64,000 nucleotides of DNA, taken from contig JANMVV010000049.1 in assembly GCA_031392925.1 (NCBI GenBank), forward strand, positions 36,835 through 100,834, in the 5' to 3' direction. Below the pieces are notes generated by a model. That model was not told the DNA's origin, did not search any database, and worked only from the letters and a program-made list of their open reading frames with translations. A program made the position numbers and the translations under genes. Origin of the DNA: Vicinamibacteria bacterium (GTDB taxonomy: Bacteria; Acidobacteriota; Vicinamibacteria; Fen-336; JAGNNV01). Below are positions 1-14,293 of this stretch, piece after piece; the first letter of the stretch is position 1, and each line of letters opens with the position of its first letter.

Positions 1-68
1 GGCGCTACCTGGGGACATGAACAGTCTCCGTCCGCCGCTCGGCAGGGTTCCCCTGGGGCGGCCGGTTC

Positions 69-203
69 CTAGGCGCCGAGGCGCTGCCTTCCCTTGGCGC
101 GGCGTCTCTTGATCACCAGTCTCCCGCCGCGCGATCTCATGCGGACGAGGAAGCCGTGAGTCCTTCTTCTGCGACGATTGTTCGGCTGGAACGTTCTCTT
201 CAC
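69..203 (-). CDS. rpmH: 50S ribosomal protein L34
   Basis: Absent from the ORF track (44 aa). Reverse-strand translation from GTG at 203 gives [44 protein letters not shown]-stop (TAG 69-71). This matches the conserved L34 pattern KRTFQP..R.R.HGF..RM. Classic divergent position upstream of dnaA. Confidence 0.9.
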   Translation of the reverse strand: MKRTFQPNNRRRRRTHGFLVRMRSRGGRLVIKRRRAKGRQRLGA

Positions 204-424
204 TGTTTCTGGAATCCCTTGCGAAAAGTAGAACCTGCGATCTTATCGGGTATTGCCTCCATCGTCAAAACGAGCCGTTTTTAGGAGGTGGTTCGCGCGG
301 GCCGGCGTGTTATGGTTGACACCTCTCGCGGGGCAACTTCTTGCCCGATACCGAGCCTGATTTCAGGGCTCTCTGGTTGATCCGGTAACCCACTCTTTCT
401 GACGATGCGCCTGGTTTCTATTCG

Positions 425-1714
425 ATGACCGTTTGGGATCGTGTTCTGGATCTTGTGGAGAAGGAGGGCCGCGTCAGCTCCCACTCCTTCGTCACCTGGT
501 TCAGGCCCACGGCCTTTCGCGCCTTCGACGGATCGGTGCTGTCCGTCAGCGTCCCGAGCGCGCCCTTTCGCGATTGGTTCTTGAAGAACTACTCGAGTCT
601 CGTTTCGGAGATGCTCGCAAGCCTCGGCCATGGCTCGGTTCGCCTTCAGTGCGACGTTGAGACCTTTGGCGTCGTTGAATCACTCCCGGTCATCGAGGCC
701 TCGTCCCTGAACCCGAAGTACACCTTTGAAACCTTCGTGGTCGGCGCCTCGAATCAGATGGCTCACGCCGCCGCGAAAGCGGTCGCGGAAGTGCCCTCCA
801 AGTCCTACAACCCCCTTTTCATCTATGGCGGCGTCGGCCTCGGAAAGACCCACCTCCTTCAGGCGATCGGGCACTATCTACTCAAACGAAACCCGAAGCT
901 CGCGCTCACCTATGTCTCGAGCGAACACTTCGTCAACGAAGTGGTTTCGGCTATCCGCTACGAGCGCATCCTTCCTTTCCGTCAGCGATACCGCGCCATT
1001 GATGTTCTTATCATCGACGACATCCAGTTTCTCTCGAACAAGGAGCGCTCCCAGGAAGAATTCTTCCACCTCTTCAACACGCTGTACGAGGCCGGAAAGC
1101 AGGTCGTCATCTCCGCCGATGTTCCTCCGAAGATGCTGACCGGCGTTCACGAGCGAATGCAGAGCCGGTTCTCTTCCGGGATGTCGGCCGATGTGGGTCC
1201 TCCCGATATCGAAACCCGGGTGGTGATACTCCAAAGACTCGCGGCCGCCGAGGACATACTCCTTCCCGACAACGTCGGGCTCTTCGTGGCTTCGAAGGTC
1301 CGTTCGAACATCCGGGAACTGGAAGGCGCGTTCAACCGCATCGTGGCCCACGCGAGCCTCCGCGGAGTCGACATCGACATCGATGTGGCCCAGGCGGCCA
1401 TGAAAGACCTGATGGACGCGCCGGAAAAACGCCTATCCATCGAAACCGTCCAGAAGTTCGTGGCCGACCACTACAAGGTCAAGATCTCCGACCTCAAAGC
1501 GCGTAACAATTCGCGGAGCGTCACCATCCCGCGACAGGTGGCCATGTATCTGGCCAAACAACTCACCACCTCCTCGCTGCCCGAGATCGGCCGTGGGTTC
1601 GGAGGAAAACACCACTCCACCGTCATTCACTCGATCAGAAAGGTCGAGATGGATCGGAAAGCCGACAGTGATTTCGACAGGCTGCTCAACAGCCTTATTG
1701 CCTCGCTCAAATAG
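425..1714 (+). CDS. dnaA: Chromosomal replication initiator protein DnaA
   Basis: 429-aa ORF. AAA+ Walker A GGVGLGKTHLL, Walker B LIIDDIQF, C-terminal DNA-binding signature GGKHHSTVIHSIRKVE. Flanked by rpmH and dnaN. Confidence 0.97.
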   Translation: MTVWDRVLDLVEKEGRVSSHSFVTWFRPTAFRAFDGSVLSVSVPSAPFRDWFLKNYSSLVSEMLASLGHGSVRLQCDVETFGVVESLPVIEASSLNPKYTFETFVVGASNQMAHAAAKAVAEVPSKSYNPLFIYGGVGLGKTHLLQAIGHYLLKRNPKLALTYVSSEHFVNEVVSAIRYERILPFRQRYRAIDVLIIDDIQFLSNKERSQEEFFHLFNTLYEAGKQVVISADVPPKMLTGVHERMQSRFSSGMSADVGPPDIETRVVILQRLAAAEDILLPDNVGLFVASKVRSNIRELEGAFNRIVAHASLRGVDIDIDVAQAAMKDLMDAPEKRLSIETVQKFVADHYKVKISDLKARNNSRSVTIPRQVAMYLAKQLTTSSLPEIGRGFGGKHHSTVIHSIRKVEMDRKADSDFDRLLNSLIASLK

Positions 1715-1981
1715 TCTTATCGTCGTGCCTTCTTTTCTTCAACACAGAAGGATCCGTCTCTGGTTTCGGATCCTTCAAGACTCTCTTTTCTCCAACACTT
1801 CCCGATTGAGATTCACAGAACTTTCAACATCGTTTAGAATAACGTAACGGGTTGAAAATAAAAGACATCAATCAGATATTCACTGCTCAAAACAAACTCC
1901 TCTGAATAGATAACTATCTCTTCTGATTCTCAAGTAGAAGAAGAAAGAAACGTTGCTTCAAGCAGGTTCTGAAAGTAGGCC
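1715..1981. other. Candidate oriC / AT-rich unwinding region in the dnaA-dnaN spacer
   Basis: 267-nt non-coding spacer, strikingly AT-rich against GC-rich flanks (e.g. gttgaaaataaaagacatcaatcagatattcac at 1851-1883). Canonical oriC position in many phyla. Only degenerate DnaA-box-like 9-mers (6/9 matches, e.g. agattcaca, aatagataa). Inverted repeat ggatccg-N11-cggatcc at 1750-1774. Confidence 0.5.
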
Positions 1982-5615
<3,634 letters not shown>

Positions 5616-5619
5616 AACG

Positions 5620-8130
5620 ATGACCCAGAACGACTACGCCCTCCACACCATCCCGGTCAACATCGCCGACGAGATGAAGCAGTCCTACATGGACTACGCC
5701 ATGTCGGTAATCATCGGTCGGGCCCTGCCCGACGTTCGCGACGGCCTGAAGCCGGCGAATCGCCGCGTGCTCTACACCATGCACGAGATCGGTCTCGTCC
5801 CCGGCAAGCCCTTCCGAAAGAGCGCCGGCATCGTCGGCGACGTCATGGGTAAGTACCATCCTCACGGCGACGTGGCGGTCTACGACACCCTCGTGCGCAT
5901 GGCGCAGCCCTTCAACATGCGCGCCATCCTGGTCGACGGCCAGGGCAACTTTGGCTCGGTGGATGGGGATCGCGCGGCCGCCATGCGCTACACCGAGGCC
6001 CGGCTGACCAGGATCGCGGTCACCATGATGGCCGACCTCGACAAGGAGACGGTCGAGTTCCAGCCGAACTACGACGACCGACTGGAAGAGCCGACCGTGC
6101 TCCCGACCATCCTCCCCGCCCTTCTGGTGAACGGGTCTTCGGGCATCGCGGTGGGCATGGCCACGAACATCCCTCCCCACAACTTGAGCGAGGTCGTGGA
6201 CGGGCTCGTCTACCTGGTGGAGAACCAGAATCTTTCGGTGGATGAGCGCGTGGACGGCCTTCTTGAGCGCGTGACCGGGCCGGACTTCCCGACCGGCGGC
6301 TACATCCTGGGCAAGAGCGGGATCCGGCAGGCGTACCTCACCGGCCGCGGCTCCGTCACCATGCGCGCCCGTGCGGAAATCGAGAAGCGCAAGGGCGACA
6401 AGGAAGCGATCGTCGTTACCGAGATCCCGTTCCAGGTGAACAAGGCCCGGGTGATCGAGAAGATCGCCGAGCTGTGGCGTGAGAAGAAGATCGACGGCAT
6501 CACCGAGGTTCGCGACGAAAGCGATCGTCGCGGCATGCGCATGGTCGTCGACATCCGCAAGGGCGAGTCCGCCCAGGTCATCCTGAACCAGCTCTATAAG
6601 CAGACACAGCTTCAGGACACGTTTGGCATCAGCATGCTCGCCATCGTCCACAAGCGGCCGCGAGTGCTCTCGCTGCTCGAGGTGTGCGACTACTTCATCG
6701 GCTTCCGGCGGGAGGTTGTTCGAAAACGGATCGAGTTCGAGCTTCGCAAGGCCGAGGCCCGCGCCCATATCCTGCGCGGCTACGTCATCGCCCTCGACAA
6801 CCTCGATGCGGTGATCTCGCTGATCCGCAGCGCCCCGTCGCCCCAAGAGGCCCGAACCCAGCTCGTCGCACGATTCGTTCTTTCCGAGATTCAAGCGGTC
6901 GCGATTCTTGAGTTGCAGCTGCAGCGGCTGACCGGTCTCGAGCGGCAGAAGATCATGGACGAGCTCGCGGAGATCGAGGCCACCATCGCGCGGCTCAAGA
7001 AGATCCTCGGGAGCAAGCACGAGATCGACCTGATCGTGGTTGCCGAACTCAAGGCCCTCAAGGAGACCCACGGCGATGCCCGCCGGACCGAGCTGATCGA
7101 CGCCCCCGACGACATCTCGATCGAAGACACCATCGCCGACGAGGACGTGGCCATCTCGATCACCCACGACGGCTACATCAAGCGCACGCCGATGACTCTG
7201 TACCGCAGCCAGCGCCGCGGCGGTCGTGGCCGGGTGGGGATGAAGACCAAGGAAGAGGATTTCGTCGAGAACCTCTTCGTGGCCTCGACTCACTCCTACG
7301 TCCTGATCTTCACCAATCGAGGCCGCCTGTACTGGCTCAAGGTCCACGAGATCCCGGATGTCGGACCACAAGCCAAGGGCAAGGCCGTCGTCAATCTGGT
7401 GCGTCTGCAAGAGGGCGAGAAGATCGCCGCCTTCGTGGCCTGCCGGGATTTCGAGGCCAAGGGCTACATCGTGCTTGCCACCCGCAAGGGCGTCATCAAG
7501 AAGACCGAACTCGCTTCGTTCTCGAACCCGAGACCGGGCGGGATCATCGCCCTTGGGGTTGAAGACGACGATGCTCTCATCGACGCCATGCAGACCAGCG
7601 GCACGGATCAACTCCTGCTCTCCACGCGCGGAGGCATGGCCATCCGGTTCGAGGAGACGGATGTCCGTCCGATGGGCCGAACGGCTTACGGGGTCAAAGG
7701 CGTCGACCTCGACGAGGCCGACACCGTGGTGTCTCTGGAAGTGGTACGCGCGGCCGGCCGGGTCCTGACCGTGTGCGAAAACGGCTACGGAAAGTGCACG
7801 CCGATCGAGGAGTACCGGATCCAGGGGCGGGGCGGTAAAGGCATCATCAACATCAAGACCGAGGGCCGCAACGGAGCGGTGATCGGGGTGAAGTTCATGA
7901 GCGGAGATGAGGGCGTCATGCTCATCACCGGCAAGGGTATGATCATTCGAACACGATCTACCGAAATCTCGACAATGGGTCGGAACACGCAAGGCGTGCG
8001 ACTGATTCAGACGGACGACGGCGACCAGCTGGTTTCCATCGCCCGTCTCGCCGAGAAGGACGAGAGCACAGACACTACGGACACGGCTGAGGGCGAGGCC
8101 CCAACCGAAACGCCAGGGAGCGAATCATGA
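5620..8130 (+). CDS. gyrA: DNA gyrase subunit A
   Basis: 836 aa. [27 protein letters not shown]. Catalytic Tyr context [11 protein letters not shown]-terminal beta-pinwheel repeats and acidic tail. Starts 4 nt after gyrB. Confidence 0.97.
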   Translation: MTQNDYALHTIPVNIADEMKQSYMDYAMSVIIGRALPDVRDGLKPANRRVLYTMHEIGLVPGKPFRKSAGIVGDVMGKYHPHGDVAVYDTLVRMAQPFNMRAILVDGQGNFGSVDGDRAAAMRYTEARLTRIAVTMMADLDKETVEFQPNYDDRLEEPTVLPTILPALLVNGSSGIAVGMATNIPPHNLSEVVDGLVYLVENQNLSVDERVDGLLERVTGPDFPTGGYILGKSGIRQAYLTGRGSVTMRARAEIEKRKGDKEAIVVTEIPFQVNKARVIEKIAELWREKKIDGITEVRDESDRRGMRMVVDIRKGESAQVILNQLYKQTQLQDTFGISMLAIVHKRPRVLSLLEVCDYFIGFRREVVRKRIEFELRKAEARAHILRGYVIALDNLDAVISLIRSAPSPQEARTQLVARFVLSEIQAVAILELQLQRLTGLERQKIMDELAEIEATIARLKKILGSKHEIDLIVVAELKALKETHGDARRTELIDAPDDISIEDTIADEDVAISITHDGYIKRTPMTLYRSQRRGGRGRVGMKTKEEDFVENLFVASTHSYVLIFTNRGRLYWLKVHEIPDVGPQAKGKAVVNLVRLQEGEKIAAFVACRDFEAKGYIVLATRKGVIKKTELASFSNPRPGGIIALGVEDDDALIDAMQTSGTDQLLLSTRGGMAIRFEETDVRPMGRTAYGVKGVDLDEADTVVSLEVVRAAGRVLTVCENGYGKCTPIEEYRIQGRGGKGIINIKTEGRNGAVIGVKFMSGDEGVMLITGKGMIIRTRSTEISTMGRNTQGVRLIQTDDGDQLVSIARLAEKDESTDTTDTAEGEAPTETPGSES

Positions 8131-8798
8131 AGAATTCCTACATCGGCTTTACCGCGGCAGCGGCCTTCGCTGCTCTCACCATCGCCTGCGGCAATCAGGA
8201 AACACAGGTGATCGAGAACTTCTTTCGCGCCGTTCAGGCGAAGGACAATCAGACCGTCAGCAGCTTCGCCGTGGTCCAGTTCGACCAGGAAGTGAAGAGC
8301 TGGAAGGTCAAGAGTGTCGGCGAGGAAGAGCGCGGCCCCGCCCCCCTGGCCACCTTGGCCAAGGCGCTCAAGGACGCCGACGAAGCGGCCGCCCAGAACA
8401 AGAAGGACGCGAGCGCCTACTTCAACGCGCATCCGCTCGAAGTCGACAAGGTGAAGCCTCTCGTCGAGAGCGGAGGCAAGGTGCCGGCGAATCTGCAGAA
8501 GACCGCCGATGACTGGAAGCGTTTCAGCGAAACCGACCGCGATCTGAAGGAGAAGGCCGCCAACGCCAAGCAGGCCTACGAGCGGGAAAAGCGTCTCGTC
8601 ACGATGTCCACCGGCTCCGCTGGCAGCGCCGACTCGCTCGCCGGGGACCTGATCAGCAAGACCGCCATTGTCGAGGTCGAATCGGGTGGCGACGTGAAGC
8701 CCTATGCGATCCAGCTTCGCAAGTACGACGTCGCCCCCGCCGGCCAGACCGCCAAAGTGATGAGCCGCTGGCTCATCTATTCCATCACCAAGCAGTAG
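8127..8798 (+). CDS. Hypothetical lipoprotein (NTF2-like N-terminus?)
   Basis: 223-aa ORF. Signal peptide plus lipobox ...FAALTIAC-GNQ. Its ATG overlaps the gyrA stop (ATGA at 8127-8130). No recognisable catalytic motif. Confidence 0.75.
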   Translation: MKNSYIGFTAAAAFAALTIACGNQETQVIENFFRAVQAKDNQTVSSFAVVQFDQEVKSWKVKSVGEEERGPAPLATLAKALKDADEAAAQNKKDASAYFNAHPLEVDKVKPLVESGGKVPANLQKTADDWKRFSETDRDLKEKAANAKQAYEREKRLVTMSTGSAGSADSLAGDLISKTAIVEVESGGDVKPYAIQLRKYDVAPAGQTAKVMSRWLIYSITKQ

Positions 8799-8830
8799 TT
8801 CTCTCCGACGGTCCGGAGCCCGCGCGAGGA

Positions 8831-10957
8831 CTAGGCGGGCTTCAGGCCAGCGAACTTTGCGAGCAGTCGTGTGGCGCCGCGGTCGGGGAAGGAAACCGTC
8901 AATTTCGCATCCCCCCCCGCGCCCTCGACGCGAAGTACCGTTCCGCAGCCGAAGTGATCGTGCATGACCCTTTGCCCCGGGTGGAAGCGCAGGGGCCGCG
9001 GGGTTTCCTCACCGGGCTCCCGAACCAAGACCGGCCGAATCGCGGTCGCACGAACCGCGCCCCCTCCGGAAGGACCGTCGAAACACTCCGGGGGGATCTC
9101 CGAAAGGAAGCGGCTCGGGAGGGTGACCCGGCGATCTCCAAAATAAGAGCGTTCGCGCGCCCTGGTCAACACCAGCCGGTTTCGCGCCCGGGTCATTCCC
9201 ACGTAGCACAGCCGGCGCTCCTCTTCCATCTGTCCCGGGTCTTGCACCGCGCGCATGTGGGGGATCAACCCCTCCTCCATGCCGACCAGGAACACGGTAT
9301 CGAACTCCAGGCCTTTCGCGGCATGAAGCGTCATCAGCAGAACCGGAGCATCGTCGCGGATTGAGTCGGCGTCTCCGAGGAGGAAGGTCCGGTCCAGAAA
9401 CTCCCTCACCCCGAGGCCCTCCCGCTCCTCGAAGTCAGTGGCCGCCGTCCGCAGCTCCTTGAGGTTCTGCAGTCGATCCTCCCGGATCGGAGAGGGTTCC
9501 TCGTCGATGAGCGTCTCGTAGCCGGTCTTTTCGATCACCGCATCCACGAGCGCGCCCGGTCCGAGCGACTCCTGGAGGTCCTTGAGTTCAGCGACGAGCG
9601 CGATGAAGCGTCCGAGAGCCGATCGCGTTCTCGTGGGCAGCACATCCGAAGCGAGGATGTCCTTGAGCCCCGCCCATAAGGAGACACCTTTCCGCTGGGC
9701 CGCGGCGGTGATGGCGCCGAGCGTCTGCTCGCCCACGCCGCGGGGCGGAACGTTCACCACGCGCCGGAACGCCGAATCATCATCCGCGTTCAAAACGAGG
9801 CGCAAATAGGAAAGGACGTCCCGGATCTCCCGCCGGGCGTAGAAACCGACCGCACCCACCACCTGATACCGGATCCGTGCCGCGGCGAACGCTTCCTCGA
9901 GCGCGCGGCTCTGAGCGTTCATTCGATAGAGGCAGGCGATGCGGAGGCCGTCGCCATTTCGCTGGATATCCGCCGCCACTTTGAGCGCCTCCTCGTACTC
10001 GTCGCGCGCCACCAGATTCTCGACGTGGCGGCCGCCCGGCCGCATCGCCTTCAGGGTCTTGCCAATCCGGTTTTCGTTCTTGACCACGAGCCCGGAGGCC
10101 GCATCGAGGATGGCCTGAGTGGACCGGTAGTTTTCCTCAAGACGGAGAATCGACGCCCCCGGGAAGTCGCGCTCGAACTCCAGGATGTTCCGGATATCGG
10201 CGCCCCGCCAGGAATAGATGGACTGGTCTTCGTCGCCCACCACCGTGACGTTCTTGTGGGTGGACGCGAGCGCGCGCACGATCCGGTATTGAAGACGATT
10301 CGTGTCCTGGTATTCATCGACGAGGATGTACCGGAAGGCGAGTTGGGTATCGCGATCGAGGACATCGCTCTCTTCGAGAACCCGGGCCGAAAACGCCAGC
10401 AGGTCGTCGAAGTCCACGGCGTTGGCGGCACGAAGCCCCGCGTTGTACCGGCCGGCCAGTTCGTTCAGAACCTCAAGCCGGTAGTCCCTCACGTCCCCTT
10501 CGGAATAGGGCCTCCCGTTCTTCTGCATGGAAAGCAGAGAGAGAACGCGCCTTGGCGCGTAGGTCTTGTCGGAGAGGCCGACGGATGCGATCGCGCGCTT
10601 GACCAGGGACACGGACTCATCCTGGTCGTAGATCACGAAGTCGCGAGACAGGCCGGCGTCTTCGGGATGCCGGCGCAGGATGCGCACGCACAGCGCGTGA
10701 AAGGTCATGATCCAGGCCGACTTCGCTCGCGGGCCCAGGCGTTCCTCGATCCGGCGACGCATTTCGTCCGCGGCCTTGTTGGTGAACGTGACCGCGAGGA
10801 TCTCCCGCGGTTCGACACCCATCTCCGAAACCAGGAAGGACACGCGCTCCGTGATCACCCGGGTCTTTCCGCTGCCCGCTCCGGCCAGGATGAGGGTCGG
10901 GCCATGGGCCGCGCGCACCGCGGCAATCTGCTCGGCGCTGAGCGAGGGAAGGCTCAA
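8831..10957 (-). CDS. uvrD: ATP-dependent DNA helicase UvrD/PcrA family
   Basis: 708 aa. SF1 motifs AGAGSGKTRV (Walker A), VDEYQDTN, TLHAAKGLEFD. C-terminal Tudor-like tail. Confidence 0.93.
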   Translation of the reverse strand: MSLPSLSAEQIAAVRAAHGPTLILAGAGSGKTRVITERVSFLVSEMGVEPREILAVTFTNKAADEMRRRIEERLGPRAKSAWIMTFHALCVRILRRHPEDAGLSRDFVIYDQDESVSLVKRAIASVGLSDKTYAPRRVLSLLSMQKNGRPYSEGDVRDYRLEVLNELAGRYNAGLRAANAVDFDDLLAFSARVLEESDVLDRDTQLAFRYILVDEYQDTNRLQYRIVRALASTHKNVTVVGDEDQSIYSWRGADIRNILEFERDFPGASILRLEENYRSTQAILDAASGLVVKNENRIGKTLKAMRPGGRHVENLVARDEYEEALKVAADIQRNGDGLRIACLYRMNAQSRALEEAFAAARIRYQVVGAVGFYARREIRDVLSYLRLVLNADDDSAFRRVVNVPPRGVGEQTLGAITAAAQRKGVSLWAGLKDILASDVLPTRTRSALGRFIALVAELKDLQESLGPGALVDAVIEKTGYETLIDEEPSPIREDRLQNLKELRTAATDFEEREGLGVREFLDRTFLLGDADSIRDDAPVLLMTLHAAKGLEFDTVFLVGMEEGLIPHMRAVQDPGQMEEERRLCYVGMTRARNRLVLTRARERSYFGDRRVTLPSRFLSEIPPECFDGPSGGGAVRATAIRPVLVREPGEETPRPLRFHPGQRVMHDHFGCGTVLRVEGAGGDAKLTVSFPDRGATRLLAKFAGLKPA

Positions 10958-10972
10958 GGCTCTCGTTTCGAG

Positions 10973-12835
10973 CTACTCGACAGTGACCGACTTCGCGAGA
11001 TTTCGCGGCTGGTCCACATCCCGGCCCGCCCGTAAGGCCACATGATAGGCGAGGAGCTGCAGGGGGATCACGGTCACGAAGGGAGAGAAGATTTCGCTCA
11101 CCCCCAGAACGTCGATTTCAACGCCCGGGACTTCGATGATCAAGTCGTCCTTGCCGAGCACCTTTCGCACATGCTCATCGCCGCTGTTGATCACCGCCAC
11201 CACCCGCCCTCCCCGTGCCTTCACTTCCTGGACGTTCGAGAGAATCTTCTCGTAGCCCCGTCCGCGCGGGATCAGCGCCACCACCGGAAGGGACTCGTCG
11301 ATGAGCGCGATCGGGCCGTGCTTCATCTCGCCCGCCGGATACCCCTCGGCATGGATGTAGGAAATTTCCTTGAGCTTGAGCGCGCCTTCGAGCGCGATCG
11401 GATACTGGACCCCCCGGCCCAGGAACAGGAAGTCGGTGGCCTTGAACAAGGAGCGCGACATTTCCTCAACCAGGCCCGCGCACGAAAGGGCGTGGTCCAT
11501 GATCTGGGGAACCCGAGCCAGCGAGGCCAGGAGATTTCGTCCCGCGGCCGCCGACAGAGCGCCCTTTCGGCGGCCGAGGAAGATCGCGAGAAGAGCGATC
11601 GCCGCGACCTGAGCGGTGAAGGCCTTGGTCGAAGCGACACCGATCTCCGGGCCGGCGTGAGTCAGAAGGGCGCCGTCCGCCTCCCGCGTGACCTGGGAAC
11701 CTGCTACGTTGGTGATGGCGAGAATGGACGCGCCGCGCGACCGCGCCTCGCGCATCGCCGCGAGGGTGTCCGCGGTCTCGCCGCTCTGGGAGATGGCGAC
11801 CACCAGGGTCCCCTTGGGAACAACCGGATCGCGATAGCGGAATTCGCTCGCGTAGTCGGTGCTCGCGGGAACGCCCGCAAGCTGCTCCATGAAGAATTGT
11901 CCGATGAGGCCCGCATGCCAGCTGGTGCCGCAGGCGAGGAACTGGATCCGCTCGGCCTTTTCGATGACCTCGATTCCCAGGGCTCCCATCTCGTCGAGAT
12001 GGACATCGCCCGTGTCAAAGCTCATGCGTCCCAGCAACGTATCGCGCACCGCGCGGGGCTGCTCGTGAATCTCTTTGAGCATGAAGTGGCGATAGCCGCC
12101 CTTCTCCGCCTGAACCGGGTCCCAGGAGATCGTCTCCTCCTTGAAGGGCTCAGCCTTGCCCTGGGCGTCCACGATGCGCAGACTGTCCGCCTGGATTACC
12201 GCGATGGTTCGTTCGGGAACGAACACGAACTTTTTAGTGTGGGCAAGAAGCGCTTGAACGTCCGATGCGAAGAAGTGCGCGCCCACTCCTATTCCAATGA
12301 CCAGTGGCGGTCCCAGCCTGGTGGCGACCAGACGATCGGGCTCGTCCGCGTGCATCAGGACCAGCGAGTAGATCCCGCGCAAGTCGGCGGCGGCGCGGGC
12401 GGTGGCCCGTTCCAGGGAACCGTCGTAATAGGACGCGACCAGATGGGCCACGACCTCGGTATCGGTTTCCGTCTGAAAGGCGACGCCCGAAGCGGACAGG
12501 CGCTCCTTGAGTTCCAGGTAGTTTTCGATGATCCCGTTGTGCACAACCACCAGTCGACCCGAGGCATCGGAGTGGGGATGAGCGTTCTCCTCGCTGGGGC
12601 GCCCGTGGGTGGCCCAGCGCGTATGCCCCACGCCGATGGGGCCCGACACGGGCGAGGCTTCAAGGACGGTTTCGAGATTCCGCAGCTTCCCGGGAGCGCG
12701 GCGGCGCTCGATGCGGCCGTTGGAAATGACGGCGACACCCGCGGAATCGTAGCCGCGATACTCGAGCCGCCGCAGGCCATCCACCAGAATCGGGGTTGCG
12801 TTGCCCGGACCGACGTAGCCAACAATGCCGCACAT
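10973..12835 (-). CDS. glmS: Glutamine--fructose-6-phosphate aminotransferase
   Basis: The internal ATG at 12835 gives the obligatory N-terminal MCGIVGYVG (catalytic Cys2). Two SIS domains. C-terminal ...LAKSVTVE. The track start at 12919 adds 28 unsupported residues. Confidence 0.96.
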   Translation of the reverse strand: MCGIVGYVGPGNATPILVDGLRRLEYRGYDSAGVAVISNGRIERRRAPGKLRNLETVLEASPVSGPIGVGHTRWATHGRPSEENAHPHSDASGRLVVVHNGIIENYLELKERLSASGVAFQTETDTEVVAHLVASYYDGSLERATARAAADLRGIYSLVLMHADEPDRLVATRLGPPLVIGIGVGAHFFASDVQALLAHTKKFVFVPERTIAVIQADSLRIVDAQGKAEPFKEETISWDPVQAEKGGYRHFMLKEIHEQPRAVRDTLLGRMSFDTGDVHLDEMGALGIEVIEKAERIQFLACGTSWHAGLIGQFFMEQLAGVPASTDYASEFRYRDPVVPKGTLVVAISQSGETADTLAAMREARSRGASILAITNVAGSQVTREADGALLTHAGPEIGVASTKAFTAQVAAIALLAIFLGRRKGALSAAAGRNLLASLARVPQIMDHALSCAGLVEEMSRSLFKATDFLFLGRGVQYPIALEGALKLKEISYIHAEGYPAGEMKHGPIALIDESLPVVALIPRGRGYEKILSNVQEVKARGGRVVAVINSGDEHVRKVLGKDDLIIEVPGVEIDVLGVSEIFSPFVTVIPLQLLAYHVALRAGRDVDQPRNLAKSVTVE

Positions 12836-12854
12836 GGTCTGTCGCCCGTTCCCT

Positions 12855-14240
12855 TCAGTGCTTCTTTGGACGACGGCTGGCCCAACCGGGCTTGTTTTCC
12901 TGGCGAGCCCGCGCGACACCCAGAGCCTCCGCGGGCACGTCCTGGGTGATCACACTCCCCGCAGCGATGTAGGCGCCGCGGCCGATTCGCACCGGGGCCA
13001 CGAGAATGGAGTTGCTTCCCACGAAGGCGTCATCCTCGATCGCGGTTGGGCTCTTCACCACGCCATCGTAGTTGCAGGTGATGGTGCCCGCGCCGATGTT
13101 GGCTTTCGTGCCGATGGTCGCATCGCCGAGGTAAGAGAGATGTGGGGCCTTCGAACCCGCGCCGAGATGCGTCTTCTTCAATTCCACGAAATTTCCGACC
13201 CTGGCGTTCTCTCCCACCACGGAATCCGGGCGGATATGGGCGAACGGACCCACCGAAGCGCCCGCCTCGATACGGGAACTTCGGACCAGGCAGGAATCCA
13301 GAATCGTGGCATTGGAACCGATCTGTGAATCTTCTATCCGGCAGAAGGGACCCACCGAAGCGCCGGCCTCAACCCGCGTTGCGCCCTCCAGAATCGTGAA
13401 CGCGCGAATCCGCGCCCCCGAGGCAACGCGGACCGCGGGTCCGATCAGAACGGTGTCCGGCCGCTCTATGGAGACACCCGCGGCCAGAAGGGCGCGCGTC
13501 CGCCGTGCATACAGCTCTCGCTCCGCGCCTGAAAGCTCACCGGTTGTGTTGACGCCGCTGGCCTCGGTCGGATCGTCCACCACCAGCGCTTCCACACGGT
13601 CGCCGGCCGCGACCATCAGTCCGATCACGTCGGTGAGATAGAGCTCGCCTTGCGCGTTGTTCGAGCGGAGATTCTGAATGGTCGCGCGCAGCTTCTGCCC
13701 GTCGAATACGTACAGGCTGGCGTTGACCTCGTCGACCCCGAGCTGTTCCTTGGTCGCGTCTTTCGCCTCGACGATGCCCGCGACGCGCCCTGCGCTGTTT
13801 CTCAGCACCCGCCCATAGGCTCCGGGGGACGGCGCCCGGAAGGAAACGAGAGCCGCAGCTGCATCAGAGGCCTGCCGCAACGAGCAGAGCGCGCGGAGGG
13901 TGTCCGCGCGAAGCAGTGGAACGTCTCCGGCCAGAACCAGGACCGGGAGCCCCGAATCAACCGGAATCTCCCCCAGGGCGATCTGGACGGCATGCCCGGT
14001 GCCAAGCTGCGGCTCCTGGGTCGCGAAGCCGAGCGGCGGTCTTTCGACGCAAGCCGCCCGCACGGCATCGGCCTGGTGCCCGACCACGACCACGGTCTCC
14101 GCGCCGAGTTCCTCGCACAGGTCGAGGACATAGTCCAGCAGGGGGCGGCCCGCCGCTTCATGAAGAACCTTTGGTCGCGCGGAATTCATCCGCGTGCCTT
14201 TCCCAGCCGCCAGCACGACCGCCCGAAGCGCAGATGGCAT
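12855..14240 (-). CDS. glmU: Bifunctional GlcNAc-1-P uridylyltransferase / GlcN-1-P acetyltransferase
   Basis: 461 aa. N-terminal LAAGKGTRMNS. C-terminal hexapeptide-repeat (left-handed beta-helix) region. Immediately upstream of glmS. Confidence 0.95.
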   Translation of the reverse strand: MPSALRAVVLAAGKGTRMNSARPKVLHEAAGRPLLDYVLDLCEELGAETVVVVGHQADAVRAACVERPPLGFATQEPQLGTGHAVQIALGEIPVDSGLPVLVLAGDVPLLRADTLRALCSLRQASDAAAALVSFRAPSPGAYGRVLRNSAGRVAGIVEAKDATKEQLGVDEVNASLYVFDGQKLRATIQNLRSNNAQGELYLTDVIGLMVAAGDRVEALVVDDPTEASGVNTTGELSGAERELYARRTRALLAAGVSIERPDTVLIGPAVRVASGARIRAFTILEGATRVEAGASVGPFCRIEDSQIGSNATILDSCLVRSSRIEAGASVGPFAHIRPDSVVGENARVGNFVELKKTHLGAGSKAPHLSYLGDATIGTKANIGAGTITCNYDGVVKSPTAIEDDAFVGSNSILVAPVRIGRGAYIAAGSVITQDVPAEALGVARARQENKPGWASRRPKKH

Positions 14241-14293
14241 GACCGATTTTCGAGCGATAGGCGACTCGATCTCTGGTGGCCTTCTTAGAGAAC

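Noticed and set aside
1-18. Possible 5' end of rnpA (minus-strand ATG at 18, reading MSPGSA... off the window edge), 50 nt downstream of rpmH.
   Set aside because: Only 6 codons are visible. It is supported by the common rpmH-rnpA synteny alone, which is not enough to call.
11042-12949. 635-aa + strand ORF opposite glmS. Similar cases: 25327-26577 opposite obg, 33216-34610 opposite secD, 47082-47987 opposite the aminotransferase, 55344-56552 opposite the amidohydrolase, 59713-61551 across the POT/hydrolase genes.
   Set aside because: Same reasoning. These are antisense to well-supported genes, have biased composition and no recognisable domains.
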